From: the human T2T-CHM13v2.0 reference genome, Homo sapiens
Length of the DNA stretch: 64,000 nucleotides
Strand: one strand, 5' to 3'
NCBI RefSeq assembly: GCF_009914755.1
Contig: NC_060929.1
The first letter of the stretch is position 1. Each line of letters opens with the position of its first letter. The position numbers were made by a program, and so were the translations under genes. The notes under the pieces were generated by a model, which was not told the origin of the DNA, did not search any database, and saw only the letters and a list, made by a program, of their open reading frames with translations. Shown piece after piece: positions 12,601-26,888 of this stretch.

Positions 12601-13773
12601 ACAGAGGCCATTCAGGTATGCTTCTACTTGAAAAGACATCTTGAGTAGAGAGAAAGAATGAGAGCTATGTGACTCAAAATAACTTTCTCAGGACAGGTAT
12701 AGCAAATTTTTACTAATCACTTCCTAAAAGGTATCAAAGCACCTATGAAAGAAAAAAGAGAGAAACAAAGAGCGAGAGAAGAAGAAAAAATTCCTCCTGA
12801 CTTCCTTGGTTTATTATCAGGCCCAATGCACAGGCAATTTGTCAAATCAAAGCAGAATTTTCCTTTTCTCTACAGTGGAAGGAGTTGTCTTACCAAAGAT
12901 TATTATTCTTTTTTTATTTCCTTCAGTTTAGTCACTGTACCACTGCTTGAAGCAGAAGCTGAAGTCAGAGGAATACCAAAGGCAAGGGCCACTTTGCAAT
13001 GACAAAGAGATTCAAGTGGCAACTCTCCCTCTCTTGCTGACCCTGGCTGGGCCATGTGCCAGGAAAACACTCCTAGATCCTCACAATGACAACTGAGCCT
13101 GAATAGATGTTGAAAGCTTTCACTTATCCTATCATTCTGGATTGCAAGCTTCTGCTCTGAGTATGGATGGAAAGGACAGAATGATAAGTATAGCCAACAG
13201 CCTAAAACTTTTTGTTGCCTCAGTGCATATCTGTTTTTTAGCTGCATTACTTATTTTTTCATTTTTAATTCCTTTGTTTGTAGTGCCTCTTTTCTCATGG
13301 CAGTTTTGAAATACCATTTTGGAGACTCTTTTATGTTCAGAACAGTGACAGTACCACAAAGCTCTCAAGCTCAGCAGAAAAGCCTGTCTCTAGTATCTTC
13401 TAGTGAGATATCAGATAATTTCATCCTGTCTAATAGGCCTGCTTGAATATCTTGCTACTATGATATTAGGACCTACATGGATGCTTACTGAGGAAAAACT
13501 AGAAATGGCATAAAAGATGACAGGAATGAGTCCTCATCAGAACTCTGATGTAATGACTCGTCAAATTGCACACACATCACACATTATGCACCCAGATAGT
13601 CTACAGTGGTGGAGAGTGTAGTCAAGAAAGTAAGAGATGAAGAAAACTGGCTTCTGAGCCTGCTTGGCCAGCTGTGTAATGCTTTCTAGCAGGAAAAAGA
13701 TGGAAGAACGGGTTTTGTCTTGTCTGTGGAGTGCTTTGAGGCATTCTACAAATACATATTTTTAGATACAGAA

Positions 13774-13828
13774 GTGTGCGTGTGTCTGTGTGTGTGTGAA
13801 AGTGTGAGTGAGTGTGTGTGTGTGTGTG
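13774..13828 (+). repeat. Imperfect (TG)n microsatellite
   Basis: GTGTGCGTGTGTCTGTGTGTGTGTGAAAGTGTGAGTGAGTGTGTGTGTGTGTGTG read directly. Confidence 0.9.
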
Positions 13829-14744
13829 CTCTTTCTCTTGAGTAATAGGATGACAACAAGGGAAAATTTCCTACATAGTGTGCCAAGACATTTCATAGTC
13901 TTTGTATTATATGTGCTCATACGTCTAAACATTTTTACAGGTAAGTTACTTTCTGTCTTATGAAAAATGTCAGTTGGCTGTATTGGGGTCTTAAATACGC
14001 ACAGTACAAACTGGCAGCTTAGTGCTTTCCATCCAGTATCCAGCAGACAGGCAAATCCCAGGGCTGAGCTATTGATCCAGCTGAACTCACAAGCAGTATG
14101 TCCTTATTCTTCTGGTTCAGTAGCCTTGGATGTAGTATACAAAATAATTTGCTGCTTTCTTCAAAGTGGTTTTCCCCTGGGGTAGGAAAAACACACTTGG
14201 AAAGATGCAAAGATATTTTATTACATTCACAATAAAAGGAACATTTTAAATAAGCTTACTGATTTAAAGAAGGCTATGTGTTTCATGTTTGAGGTTGTCC
14301 TTGTTTTATTTTGTGAGTATTGCCATGAAAAATGCCAAAAGATTACAACTTTAATTAAAATTCTTTAAAAACAATTTTAATCTGCCTATCATAAGCTAAC
14401 CCATTACTCTTTTATCACTCAGGGTTTTGGGGAAAGACTTAATCTTCAAATTAGCTTTTATTAATGCTTATTATCACACTATTATTTGTATATTGACTTC
14501 TTATTCCTTTTCCTGATTTATGTACTATATCATTCTCAAGATGTAAAACAACAATTTTCTGTTTTACATGAAAGCTGAGAAAGAAGAGAGAAGATAAAGA
14601 AACAGTTCATCAGAATCATGAAAAATCAGTATGTGTCAAGATCCTTATTTATTAGTCTACTCTCTTTTTAGAGACACAGGGTTCAAGCGTTCAGGAAAAA
14701 AACTTGAGTGTTTAGTTTCATGAACCCTATTAGCCTTTTGCATT

Positions 14745-14940
14745 GTAATCAGAGCTTGACCAAGACTTAAAGGCTATGTATTCAGTGCCAGCCTCTCTAA
14801 GGCTTAGTTTCTTCAACTGTAAAAGGATGCTACATCATAAAGTTGGTGTGAGATTCAGGCTAAAAAATGTATTGAAAGCATTTTGTATTATCCTGGTAAA
14901 TAAGAATCATCACTCAAATATAAATACTTATTATTATTAA
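14745..14940 (+). mobile_element. MIR SINE
   Basis: CCTCTCTAAGGCTTAGTTTCTTCAACTGTAAAA...GTTGGTGTGAGATT MIR core. Confidence 0.65.
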
Positions 14941-16019
14941 TAGTATCATATCAGTAGCAGTAATGACAGAATCATGGGGACACAAAACTACAGATCAAAC
15001 TCAAATCGCTCAAGAAAAATATTGACTGCCTATCACATGTTAGACACCACCTTAGACATTGTACAGGGCATTGGAGGATATCAATTAGGAAGAGTGAAGC
15101 ATGATTCCTGCCCTTAAAGAACTATCTAGTTAAAATAATACATAGCAACTATATTTAACAGAAGACAATTACGTATAAAATGAATAATAAAGGCAATCAA
15201 ATAGGGGGTTTAGAGGAGACAGAGTTCATAGAAGGGAATAGTAACAGCATTCATTAGCTGACAAAAATGCAGAACTAGATATGTATATGTGTGTATAAAT
15301 GAAAGAGATGATTTCTTTAATATTTTATCTACAACATCTCACATTCATACATAAAGATAAATAGTAAACTGTCAGAAAACGCAGCCATTTTACCACTATC
15401 TAAATATTCAGTAACTTCAGAAAATCAATTTATATTTGATGAGCTGAAAAAAGCCGATCATAAAAAGAGTTAGTACAAGCAAGAATCTGAATAGCCTCAG
15501 AAGCCCAAGGTCAAGTATTAGATTACAATTTGCTTCTGGGAAATAGCTTATATCAATAAGCTATGGGAGAGGTGGAGATCATTTTAAACAAAAGTAACAA
15601 TTGAGCTATAATTGTATAATCAATAGCCTCTTTTAGCAGATGCGTGGATAGTGCCCAGAGCAGTGAACTGACAAAGAGGAGTTCAGGTACACAAAGAATG
15701 AAAGAATTATTTGCTAAAAATCATCTTGATGATCTTATCAAGTAGATGCTAATGAATTGTTAAGATAACATTCATTATTATCACCAGTTTTTATTAATGT
15801 GTGTAATTTTACTATTTTTTATAACATATGTTTTTTATAATTACATTAGATATAATAGACTGAGTTTCAAGGCATCAACATAAATTTATACTCAGGATCT
15901 TCACACTTCTTCTCCCATTCCCTTTTGTGTTGATATTATCTCAAATTGGTAATACTTGAAGTTAAAGACCATAAGAGATTATATAGAATTTAATTTTATT
16001 CCTTTTGATCTGTTTATAC

Positions 16020-16920
16020 ATTTGTTAACAAATATTTTAGGAACTAGGGACACTTCTTATGAATATAACATAAGAAGATAAATCAATGTATATAATAAAT
16101 CACAAATTACATATTATATCAGAATTGTTAGGCAATAGAAAGTGCTTTGAGAAAAGTGAAGCAGAATAATACATGGGTAGACATTCTTTTTAAAATGCTC
16201 TAAGGCAGGAGTCTGTGGCCTCTTAGGAACCAGGCTGCAGAGCAGGAGGTGAGTGGCTGTCAAGCAAGCATTACTGCCTGAGCTCTGCCTCCTGTCAGAT
16301 CAGTGGTGGCATTAGATTTTCACAGGAGCACAAACCCTATTGTGAACTCTGCATGCAAGGGATCTAAGATGCACGCTCCTTATGAGAGTCAAATGCCTGA
16401 TGCTCTGAGGTAGAACAATTCCATCCTGAAATCCCTCCTCAACTCACTGCTGTCCATACGTGGAAAAATTGTCTTCCATGAAACTGGTCCCTGGTGCCAA
16501 AATGGTTGGGTACCACTGCTCTAAGGAATTTCTAATTCAAGCAGAGACTTCAGTGAAATGATAGGTTGAATCATGCAAGATAAGCCTAGGGGAAGATAGT
16601 GGAATAGCAAGTGCAAAGGCCCTGGTGCTGAAGTGCATTTGGGTTATTTTATGAACAATAAGAAGGCCACTATGCCTTGAGAAGTTGTGTGAGGCAGCTA
16701 GTGATCAAAGTTGACAGCATATATGTCCTTGAAAGAATTTTATTCCGAGTATAATGGGGCTTTACTAGATGCTTTAGAGTAGAAGAATTGCAGTAAATAA
16801 TATGGTTTTCTAAAAGATCACTCTGGTTGCTGAATGGAGAATGGACAATGTGTCATGAGTGGGAGCACCAAGGTAAATTAGGAGAACATTACTACAGTCA
16901 AGATAAGTCATGATGGTGAT
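16020..16920 (-). mobile_element. LINE-2 fragment split by MER1B
   Basis: AGCAAGTGCAAAGGCCCTGG, AAAAGATCACTCTGGTTGCTGAATGGAGAATGGA are antisense L2 hallmarks. Confidence 0.7.
16206..16518 (+). mobile_element. MER1B hAT-Charlie DNA transposon
   Basis: TGAGCTCTGCCTCCTGTCAGATCAG..GGCATTAGATT and GGAAAAATTGTCTTCCATGAAACTGGTCCCTGGTGCCAAAA; perfect 8-bp TSD CTCTAAGG (16198-16205 / 16519-16526). Confidence 0.93.
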
Positions 16921-17059
16921 CACCTTCAGGATTAAATTAGAAAAATACTCACGCCTTTAAGGAAGATAGTGAGAAAGAGTATCTCACCTCAGTCTTCTCT
17001 AAGAATTCACAAAAACAAGCCCAACCTCACATGAATGAGGGGCAGGAAGTCATATTCTC

Positions 17060-17878
<819 letters not shown>

Positions 17879-18389
17879 TGATATGTATGCCCTTCCCCTC
17901 CCCACAAAAAGGATGTCAAAAATTAATTTAAAGAAGTCCCGAGTTGGTAGCACTGGGAAACTGCCACTGTTAAAAGCAGAACCAAATGAACCAAACGATA
18001 GTCAGCCAAAATGTAAGACTGCACAAGTAGACCTACAATATTTTCAGCTACTAAAAGTATGGGTTACAGAATATATATTCTTCCACAAAAGATTCCAGAG
18101 CCAGAATGATTTTCTCAAGATTTCTTCAAACTTACAGAAGAGTTAATTCTCATATTAGCAAACCTGCTTTAGAACATTTTAATGGTATTTAATTACAAAT
18201 CTGACAAAAAGAGTGCAAAAAATAAAACCATGTAACAAGAGTATAAAATAGGTTGTTTCAATTTGTGCAGAAACTCTAACTTTTGATGGTTACTGCCTGA
18301 CTGATGTATTGACAATGTTTCCAAAACTTCATCTTGGTAAACATCTGCAATGTCTTTTTAAAATGTAAGAGTAACAAAATTTTCAAGAC

Positions 18390-18680
18390 ATATAATAAAG
18401 GGTTAATATCCTTAATATATTGAGACCTCTTTCAAACCAATAATTGAAACTCTAACACCTCCATGGAAAGTGAAAAAGTGTGCAAAAATAAGCAATAAAA
18501 TCTAAAGAGGCAGAAAAATAAATGATAAATTAGCACAAGAAATATTTAACTTCTCTAGTAATAAAAGAAATAAAAATTAAATCAGCCATCAAGCCCTATA
18601 TTAGCCTAGCAGATAAACAAACAAACAAGAAAAAAAATCACTCCTCATCAGTACTGCTGAGTGATTAGTGAGACAGCGAT
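18390..18680 (+). mobile_element. Old L1 (L1ME-like) fragment
   Basis: ATAAAGGGTTAATATCCTTAATATAT...TTAACTTCTCTAGTAATAAAAGAAATAAAAATTAAA resembles the L1 ORF2 3' region. Confidence 0.6.
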
Positions 18681-19014
18681 AATCTGGTGCCATAGACATT
18701 GCTTCCTTAGAGAGTTTCTCTCATAAAAGGATGGCTCTTACCAAATCAGGGTCCCCTTCAAAACAAAGAAAAGTCCTCCACAACCTCATCCTTATACAAA
18801 ATGAAATTAATTTCATGTGACTTCAATCAATATTTTAGTCTATAATGGGTAAAGATTTAATTATTATCTGAGTCATTTGCCAGTACTTCAGATAATTGAT
18901 GTTGCTTTTCCTAAATTCATTTTAAAAAAGAATTTTTTAAAATATGTATTTCTTTATCATAATTAGCATAGATTACAGGGTCCGGGGAGTAATTTCACAA
19001 AATAAAGTCCAGTG

Positions 19015-19110
19015 ATGTCCTGGATCCCACCCAGACCTATTCAAGCCTGGGAACCTGAATTTCTAACAAACTCCCAGTAGTTGCTGATACATACAAGTTT
19101 GAGAGTTACC
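19015..19110. mobile_element. MER5-like DNA transposon fragment
   Basis: CCCACCCAGACCTA..GCCTGGGAACCTGAATTTCTAACAAACTCCCAG..GCTGAT..AAGTTTGAGA. Confidence 0.6.
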
Positions 19111-21229
19111 TTCCCAGGGGATGAAAACAGAAAAATTTAATCCATGACTGGCATACATCAGAAGTCATAGACATGACTCAAGAACATACATCTGTAAAGC
19201 AGCAAGCACATGAAGTAAGGTGTTGCCACTTATAAAGTCCCCGGGGAAATCAGCCTTGGAGCCCAGAGGATGGCCTCCAAGAATGGACCTTATGTTTAAC
19301 CTTGGCAGCTGACTTCCCAGATAGCTCTAAGCACTGAGGCTAAAGTGGGGGCAGTCAGACAATGCCAGAGGTAGCGGTAGTCACCAGCCAAATCTGGTAA
19401 GGATGGTAGGAGACCAGATGTGCCATCCCCTATAGGCAATTCATTCATGGCTGTCCCTTTAGGTAGGCACGAAGCCACTTTGGCTTCAGCCTTTTGCCTT
19501 ATTCTCTCAAAAGTCACATGCAATCAATTTTCTGAACTGCTTATTGCCACATCTTCCTGCTGTTCTCTGTGACCATGAATTGCATGTGTAAAGGATGAGG
19601 ACGTATTCAAACTCTATGGCACAAAAGAAAGAATCAATTCAGACTTGTATTTTTAAAAGCTGTACGTAAGAATCCTTTTTCTTGAAGATGTAGACAGGTG
19701 AATGCGGAATATGATATCTGACATGATTGTAGGACACTGGCTGTAATAAAGTATAACTGAGTATCTGTCAACTTGGCTGTGGCTTGTTTGTTCACACTTC
19801 AGGCCAGTTTCATGAACAGGAATAATAGAAGTGTATTTTTCCATTTGCAGAGCTGTAAAAAGGAAACGACATTTTTATTTGTTATCTGAATAGTTTTCTA
19901 TTGTTTCTTAGCTTCTTTAGAAGCCAGTTTTAAAAAAATTTTCTGAGAACTTTAATACATTTTCTTAAGTAATACATTATCTTTTATCTACATTTCCAGT
20001 TTTTCAGTATACCAAAAGGACTTGCAAAATCACTTCGGTATTTCTGCTAAAAGCCTAAATGTAAACAAAGAGTAAATACAAATGCCAGGAATCTGTTAAA
20101 ATTCTACAAATGTGTCCACTACCCACTATGCTTTGCTTGAATTGGGTTCTTTGTGTCCCTGTTTCCCCCAACCTTGGCCAAGAGCATTTTGTCTCTCACT
20201 AGTGCCCTGATGATGATGATACAATGGTGTGCATTCATTGCAGTGGCATGTACAGAGCTGTAGTTCAAGATCTCTTCATTGTTTCCTTGGGATAACCATT
20301 CCAAGGAATGAGTTTGTTTGCCCTTAAGGATGGACATCACAGAATTTTGACTCTCTCAATAGCTAAAAACTCTTTAGTCCAAGAGATGTTTTAATGTAAC
20401 TATTTTCTTATTTATAGGCTAGAAATGCTGCATGCCAATACCAGACATTTTGAGTAGCACATTATCGTTGCCCCTCCCCAAGATATTCATAGCTTTGGAA
20501 TTTTTGGCTGGTATTTCCATGTATTATAATTGTTTTAAAGAAAAAAAATTGAATTTAGAATCTGTATAGAATGATAAAGTAATTCCAAATAGCAGTTGTA
20601 TCCATATTCATCACCAATCATCAAATGGGACTGATTATAAATGTACTGGGAGACTATCAGAAAGGCACTGTTGATTTACTTTACATAGATAAACAAGCCA
20701 CATAAAAAATGAAAGCACAATGCTTTCTGAATTGTAAGCGATTAAACATTAATGACTGTAAAGCTTAGTCAAACACTGAAAGTCTTAAAGTCTTCCACAG
20801 TACATCATGTTGAGTGTCAATGGATAAAACAGAATGCCAATATTAGTTGGAATGTTCTTGAAAAGAGTTAAGCTTTGTCAATAGCTATAAATGTACATAT
20901 GCCAATATCTAAAAATCTATCAATCTCTACATGCTGTTTGTAGAAGCTTGATTACTCTGACCGTACCAAAAATATTCTGGCACTAGCTGGCATTGAAAAT
21001 AAACAAATCTGAAAGTGATTTTATATTCACTTATAAGCATTCGTTTTCTTTTGTGCCACGTGTGTGGATTTTGGTATTGATATAGTGAAGTAATTATTAT
21101 CTACACTAAAGGAAGGTAGAGAATGAATAAATCAAATTTTTTTTTCAATTACCACATTCATTTGGCTGTAGATGTATTTTGGTGACTATATTTAAATATT
21201 CATTTATCCAGCTAACATTAATTTTAGCT

Positions 21230-21455
21230 TGATGTAAGAGAATGCTCTTAATGTGACATCTAAGACCTGGGTCTAATTTTTGCTCTACTGTTGATTAAGT
21301 CATATGACCTTGTAAAAGTTCATTTAACCTGTTTCGGACAGTAATTGTTGCTTTAAAGTAGGATATCTTTGTCAATTACATAGTTATTTGAAGGATCCAA
21401 GGAGGCAGCAAATGCAAACACACTTAATGGACTGTGTTATATCTATGCAAGATAT
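21230..21455 (+). mobile_element. MIR SINE
   Basis: AGACCTGGGTCTAATT..GCTCTACT..ATGACCTTGTAAAAGTTCATTTAACCT. Confidence 0.65.
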
Positions 21456-22241
21456 TGTTGAGAAGCTCCACATAAAGCCCTAAGAAGCTTGCAGATGAGA
21501 AATACAAATAAAGGATAAGTTTACATGCACAGGGCTGAAAGTACAATGACTTGAGCAACTGACACCAGAATTCTTCTGAGGCACAGGGTTATATTTCTCC
21601 AGGAAAATGCATTGATAGGTGTTCTAAGTTTGAGGGTCAGCAGGAAAAGGGCATGGAAGGAAGAGGAAGCTGTTTTGTATCATAGATAAGATGAACACGC
21701 AACTGCAGGTGGAGGAAATCTTTGAGGGAGGGAAAGAGGAGCAGAGATTCAAGAAAAGGTTCAAGATAAAAAATTATAAGATGACAAGCCTACCTCTCCA
21801 TTACCTTCAGTTAGTCTGTGGAATATTTTCAATTTGCCTAAAGCTATATGTGTGTGGATCTTTGTGGAAACCAGTGAAAGAAATAAATTTTAAGCTCAGT
21901 TTGGCTCAGGGTGAAAGAGATATCACAAGCAGCTGTCAGAGCAGGCAAAGATAGAGGAGGCAGTACTCAGTATCTTATCAAAACAAAAACCCTCAGAAAT
22001 CCATGAAAGTTGGATTAATTTGACCAGTCATAGGCTCTGGAACTTAGAGTTCTAGTCAAATCTACCAAGATGGCAGAGGAAGCAGGAGGCTTCAGCTGGG
22101 CCAGCTACATGCATAATTAAATCTAACACATGGTAAGTAAGAAAAAAATGCATTGAGAGAAATTCACAATACTATATGATATTAAAGCAGGGAAGAATCA
22201 CTTCCAGCTGAAGCTATTAGGGATATTTCAAAGAGGCGGGG

Positions 22242-23589
<1,348 letters not shown>

Positions 23590-24093
23590 ACAAAGGTTTT
23601 TATTTAATGCCACTCATCATTACTGACAAATATTTTTTGAGCATTTAGAAAGGATCACCTTTCAAAGGTAATATGATTTTATACTATTTTGTCACTGTTA
23701 ATAAAACACAATTTGAAACAAAACATCACAAGTCTCATTTAAGTCATTAAGAAAATACTTTGGAATGAAATTGCTGAGACATAAAAGTTTACACAGAGGA
23801 TAATTATAATTTCAATTCCTTGGTTAATATACCTATAGTACAATACTATAAACTACAAACTCAAAAATGTAGTATTTTTATAGTTATATATTTCTCATGG
23901 TAAATAAGGAAACTGACATTCTAATTTTTTTTGTTAAGGAGTCCCTGTCTTTCAGAAATATTTGGTCAAATTCATTGTCTCTTAATCTCTTTTGGATCAT
24001 GGAATTCTGAAACACAAAATACAGTTGTGGGTCCCCGTCTATAGAATAGTGCACATACAGATTTACACACAACATTTTTATACAGATTAGAAA

Positions 24094-24391
<298 letters not shown>

Positions 24392-25971
24392 AATTAGAGG
24401 ATTTTTAAACTGCTATTCTGGTTAATACAGGAGACAATCAAGTTCACTAACGATTACAGAAAAAATACAGTAAATGCTATTACTTGCAAGACTGCGATAT
24501 TTAGAAGACTTGGGATATACTACACACACTTCAAGATCTTAGGCCACTTTATAATAACCATAAAGGTAGGATTTGAAAATGTCCTTTTTTAAAAAGCCAA
24601 TGAAGAAAAAAGAAAGAGAATTCTGTCATACTTAAGGGCAAGGATCATCTTTTTCATTTTAATATCCCTGTGTCCAAAAGCAATCCCCAGCATAGATATA
24701 GGTGCAAAGTGACCTTCACTGAAAAAAAGCAAAGGTCCAGGATAAGCCACCAACTAAATATTCATGTCCATGGTTCTTTGCCTGCTGCTAAATGGTTCTT
24801 ATAATACTTCTAAGGTAAAGACTCTCCATTGGATCCATTCCCTTGCATTCTCAACCGCCACTGGCTGGGCCTGAGTAGTCTTCATATTGCTACTGTTGGT
24901 TTGGCTCAACCCTGAGGTCATGAGACCATGCTCTCTTTTGTCTTAAGACAAAATGTTAGAGCTTAAGTATTGCTGTAAAATGAAATAATATCCTTGGCAC
25001 TGCGTTTAAAATAACAACCTGCCTAAAGGCAAAATTCTCTTCCTCCCATCACGCACTGAATGTTTATTTCACATTCAGCACTTGTTTGGTGCATGTTGCA
25101 TCCCCAGACACTGAGAGAACTGTGAGAATGTAATGAGTACAGAATCTTCGAGAGAGGCAATGCAGGAAAGATCTAAATGCTGTGGATTTCAAGAAAATTT
25201 GACCCAAAAGCCCAATCATTAAATATACACTATTTTGACAGCGAAGCTGGGAAAGGTGAGCTGAATTATGCATTTTGATATCTTAAAGGTAGTCTTCACA
25301 TCATTAAACCGTTTTTATTTAAAGAAAGTCATTCTTATAAACAGGAGGGATTTGCCTTTTCAGACGTATTATTTTGAATATGTCAGAACAATCTATATCA
25401 TATTAGTCAGAAAATTTAAAAATATATACATTTTACTGGTATATTAAGAGTAATTGTTGGCAAAATACCCTGAATTATTTAAACTCTTATGGTAATTTAG
25501 TATTAAAAGTCTTTGGCCTTAAATGTGTGTTAAAGAAAAATCTCAAAAGTACAAAACATATGGTGTAATATCTTAGTTATTTTACCTTAAAGTGAATTGA
25601 AGAAATGTTTACATAGAATTTTTCACTTTGCAACAACATGGGAAAGCAAAAGTCCTGTGGAAAGCTGTCCAGATGCCCAACCACCATCACAACAACAAAT
25701 TTATTTCCCAATAAAAGAATATCATGTATAGTAAGATATATAATAGCAGTTTGGGATTGTTGTGAATAATTACTGGAAGTTATATTTTTTAAATTCCACC
25801 AGTTAGAATACCTGTATTGAGCCTTATCGATCAAAATATCCTTGCATTAATCATAGCACAGTATAAAATCAACTCAGAAAGAAACCCTGAGCTTGAAATT
25901 AGCATCTGTAAAACAACCATGTCTGAGAAAAAATGTTTTGCTACATTAAACAAAGTCTTAAAACCTTAGAT

Positions 25972-26177
25972 TAGGGGTTAACAAACTATGGCCATCTCTG
26001 AATCTGGCCTGTAGTCTGTTTTTGCATTTCCCTCAAGCTAAGTAAGGTTTTTAAATTTTTAAAGATTGTAAAACAAAACAAAGAGGGACATGTGACAGAA
26101 ACCATATGAGGCCCCCCTACCCAAACCTTAAAATATTTATTATCTGGCCATTTGCAGAAATACTCTCCCAACCCCAG
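25972..26177 (+). mobile_element. MER58A hAT-Charlie DNA transposon
   Basis: AGGGGTTAACAAACTATGGCC...AAAATATTTATTATCTGGCCATTTGCAGAAA..CCAACCCC. Confidence 0.85.
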
Positions 26178-26820
26178 GTTTACATTCTAATGGACTGGTA
26201 GCTAGCCTTCATGTGCAGTTTTGGATTTAGTTGGAAATGCCATGTCATTTTACTAAAAACAGCTCTCTTCTGGTAAAATTTGTACTGAAAACATGAAAAA
26301 TTTCCCTAGCAACAAATTAAACGTTCAAAATCACACTAACTAGATTTGCTCCTTTATCAAAAGTAATGCCTTAGAAATGAAGTCATCTAGGGATATTCTA
26401 GAACTGAGCAATTTATTCAACATATTTAGAAGACACATGGATCTGAGGTGAAAACTGATATTTGTTGAAAGCAATGAAAAATTCTTATACCCAACTGTAA
26501 TATTCTTTCTCATTAATTCATTAATTCTTCTTCAGAAAAAAACACAAATCTCTTCATATGATTTTTAGATGTAGCTTTACATAAAAATACCTAAATGCTT
26601 TGAATCTAAGAAATTTTAAATATTTGTTCAATAAAACAAAATCCTTTTACTATGCTTATCTATCTTGTGAACTAACTCCATGTAATTCAAAATTCAAGTT
26701 CAATTAATACAACTTTATCATTAACATGATTATAATTATTATTCATATTAAATTAAATGCATATTAATCTAAATTATAGCATGAAACCAAAAAATAAGAT
26801 TAGTCTGGCCATGGGTAGCT

Positions 26821-26888
26821 AAAGATTCCTGTATTACAATAGGAATATAAAAGATACCTATCTTTTATATTGCAATACAGGAATCTTT
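26821..26888. repeat. Near-perfect palindrome (68 bp)
   Basis: AAAGATTCCTGTATTAC-AATAGG-AATATAAAAGATA-CC-TATCTTTTATATT-GCAATACAGGAATCTTT. Confidence 0.9.

Noticed and set aside
12903-13368. 114-aa and 78-aa minus-strand ORFs in unique sequence
   Set aside because: No recognisable domain and no convincing donor/acceptor pair; length is compatible with chance.
20200-20265. TGATGA C-box-like motif suggesting a C/D snoRNA
   Set aside because: It is a short (GAT)n run, with no properly placed CTGA D box or terminal stem.
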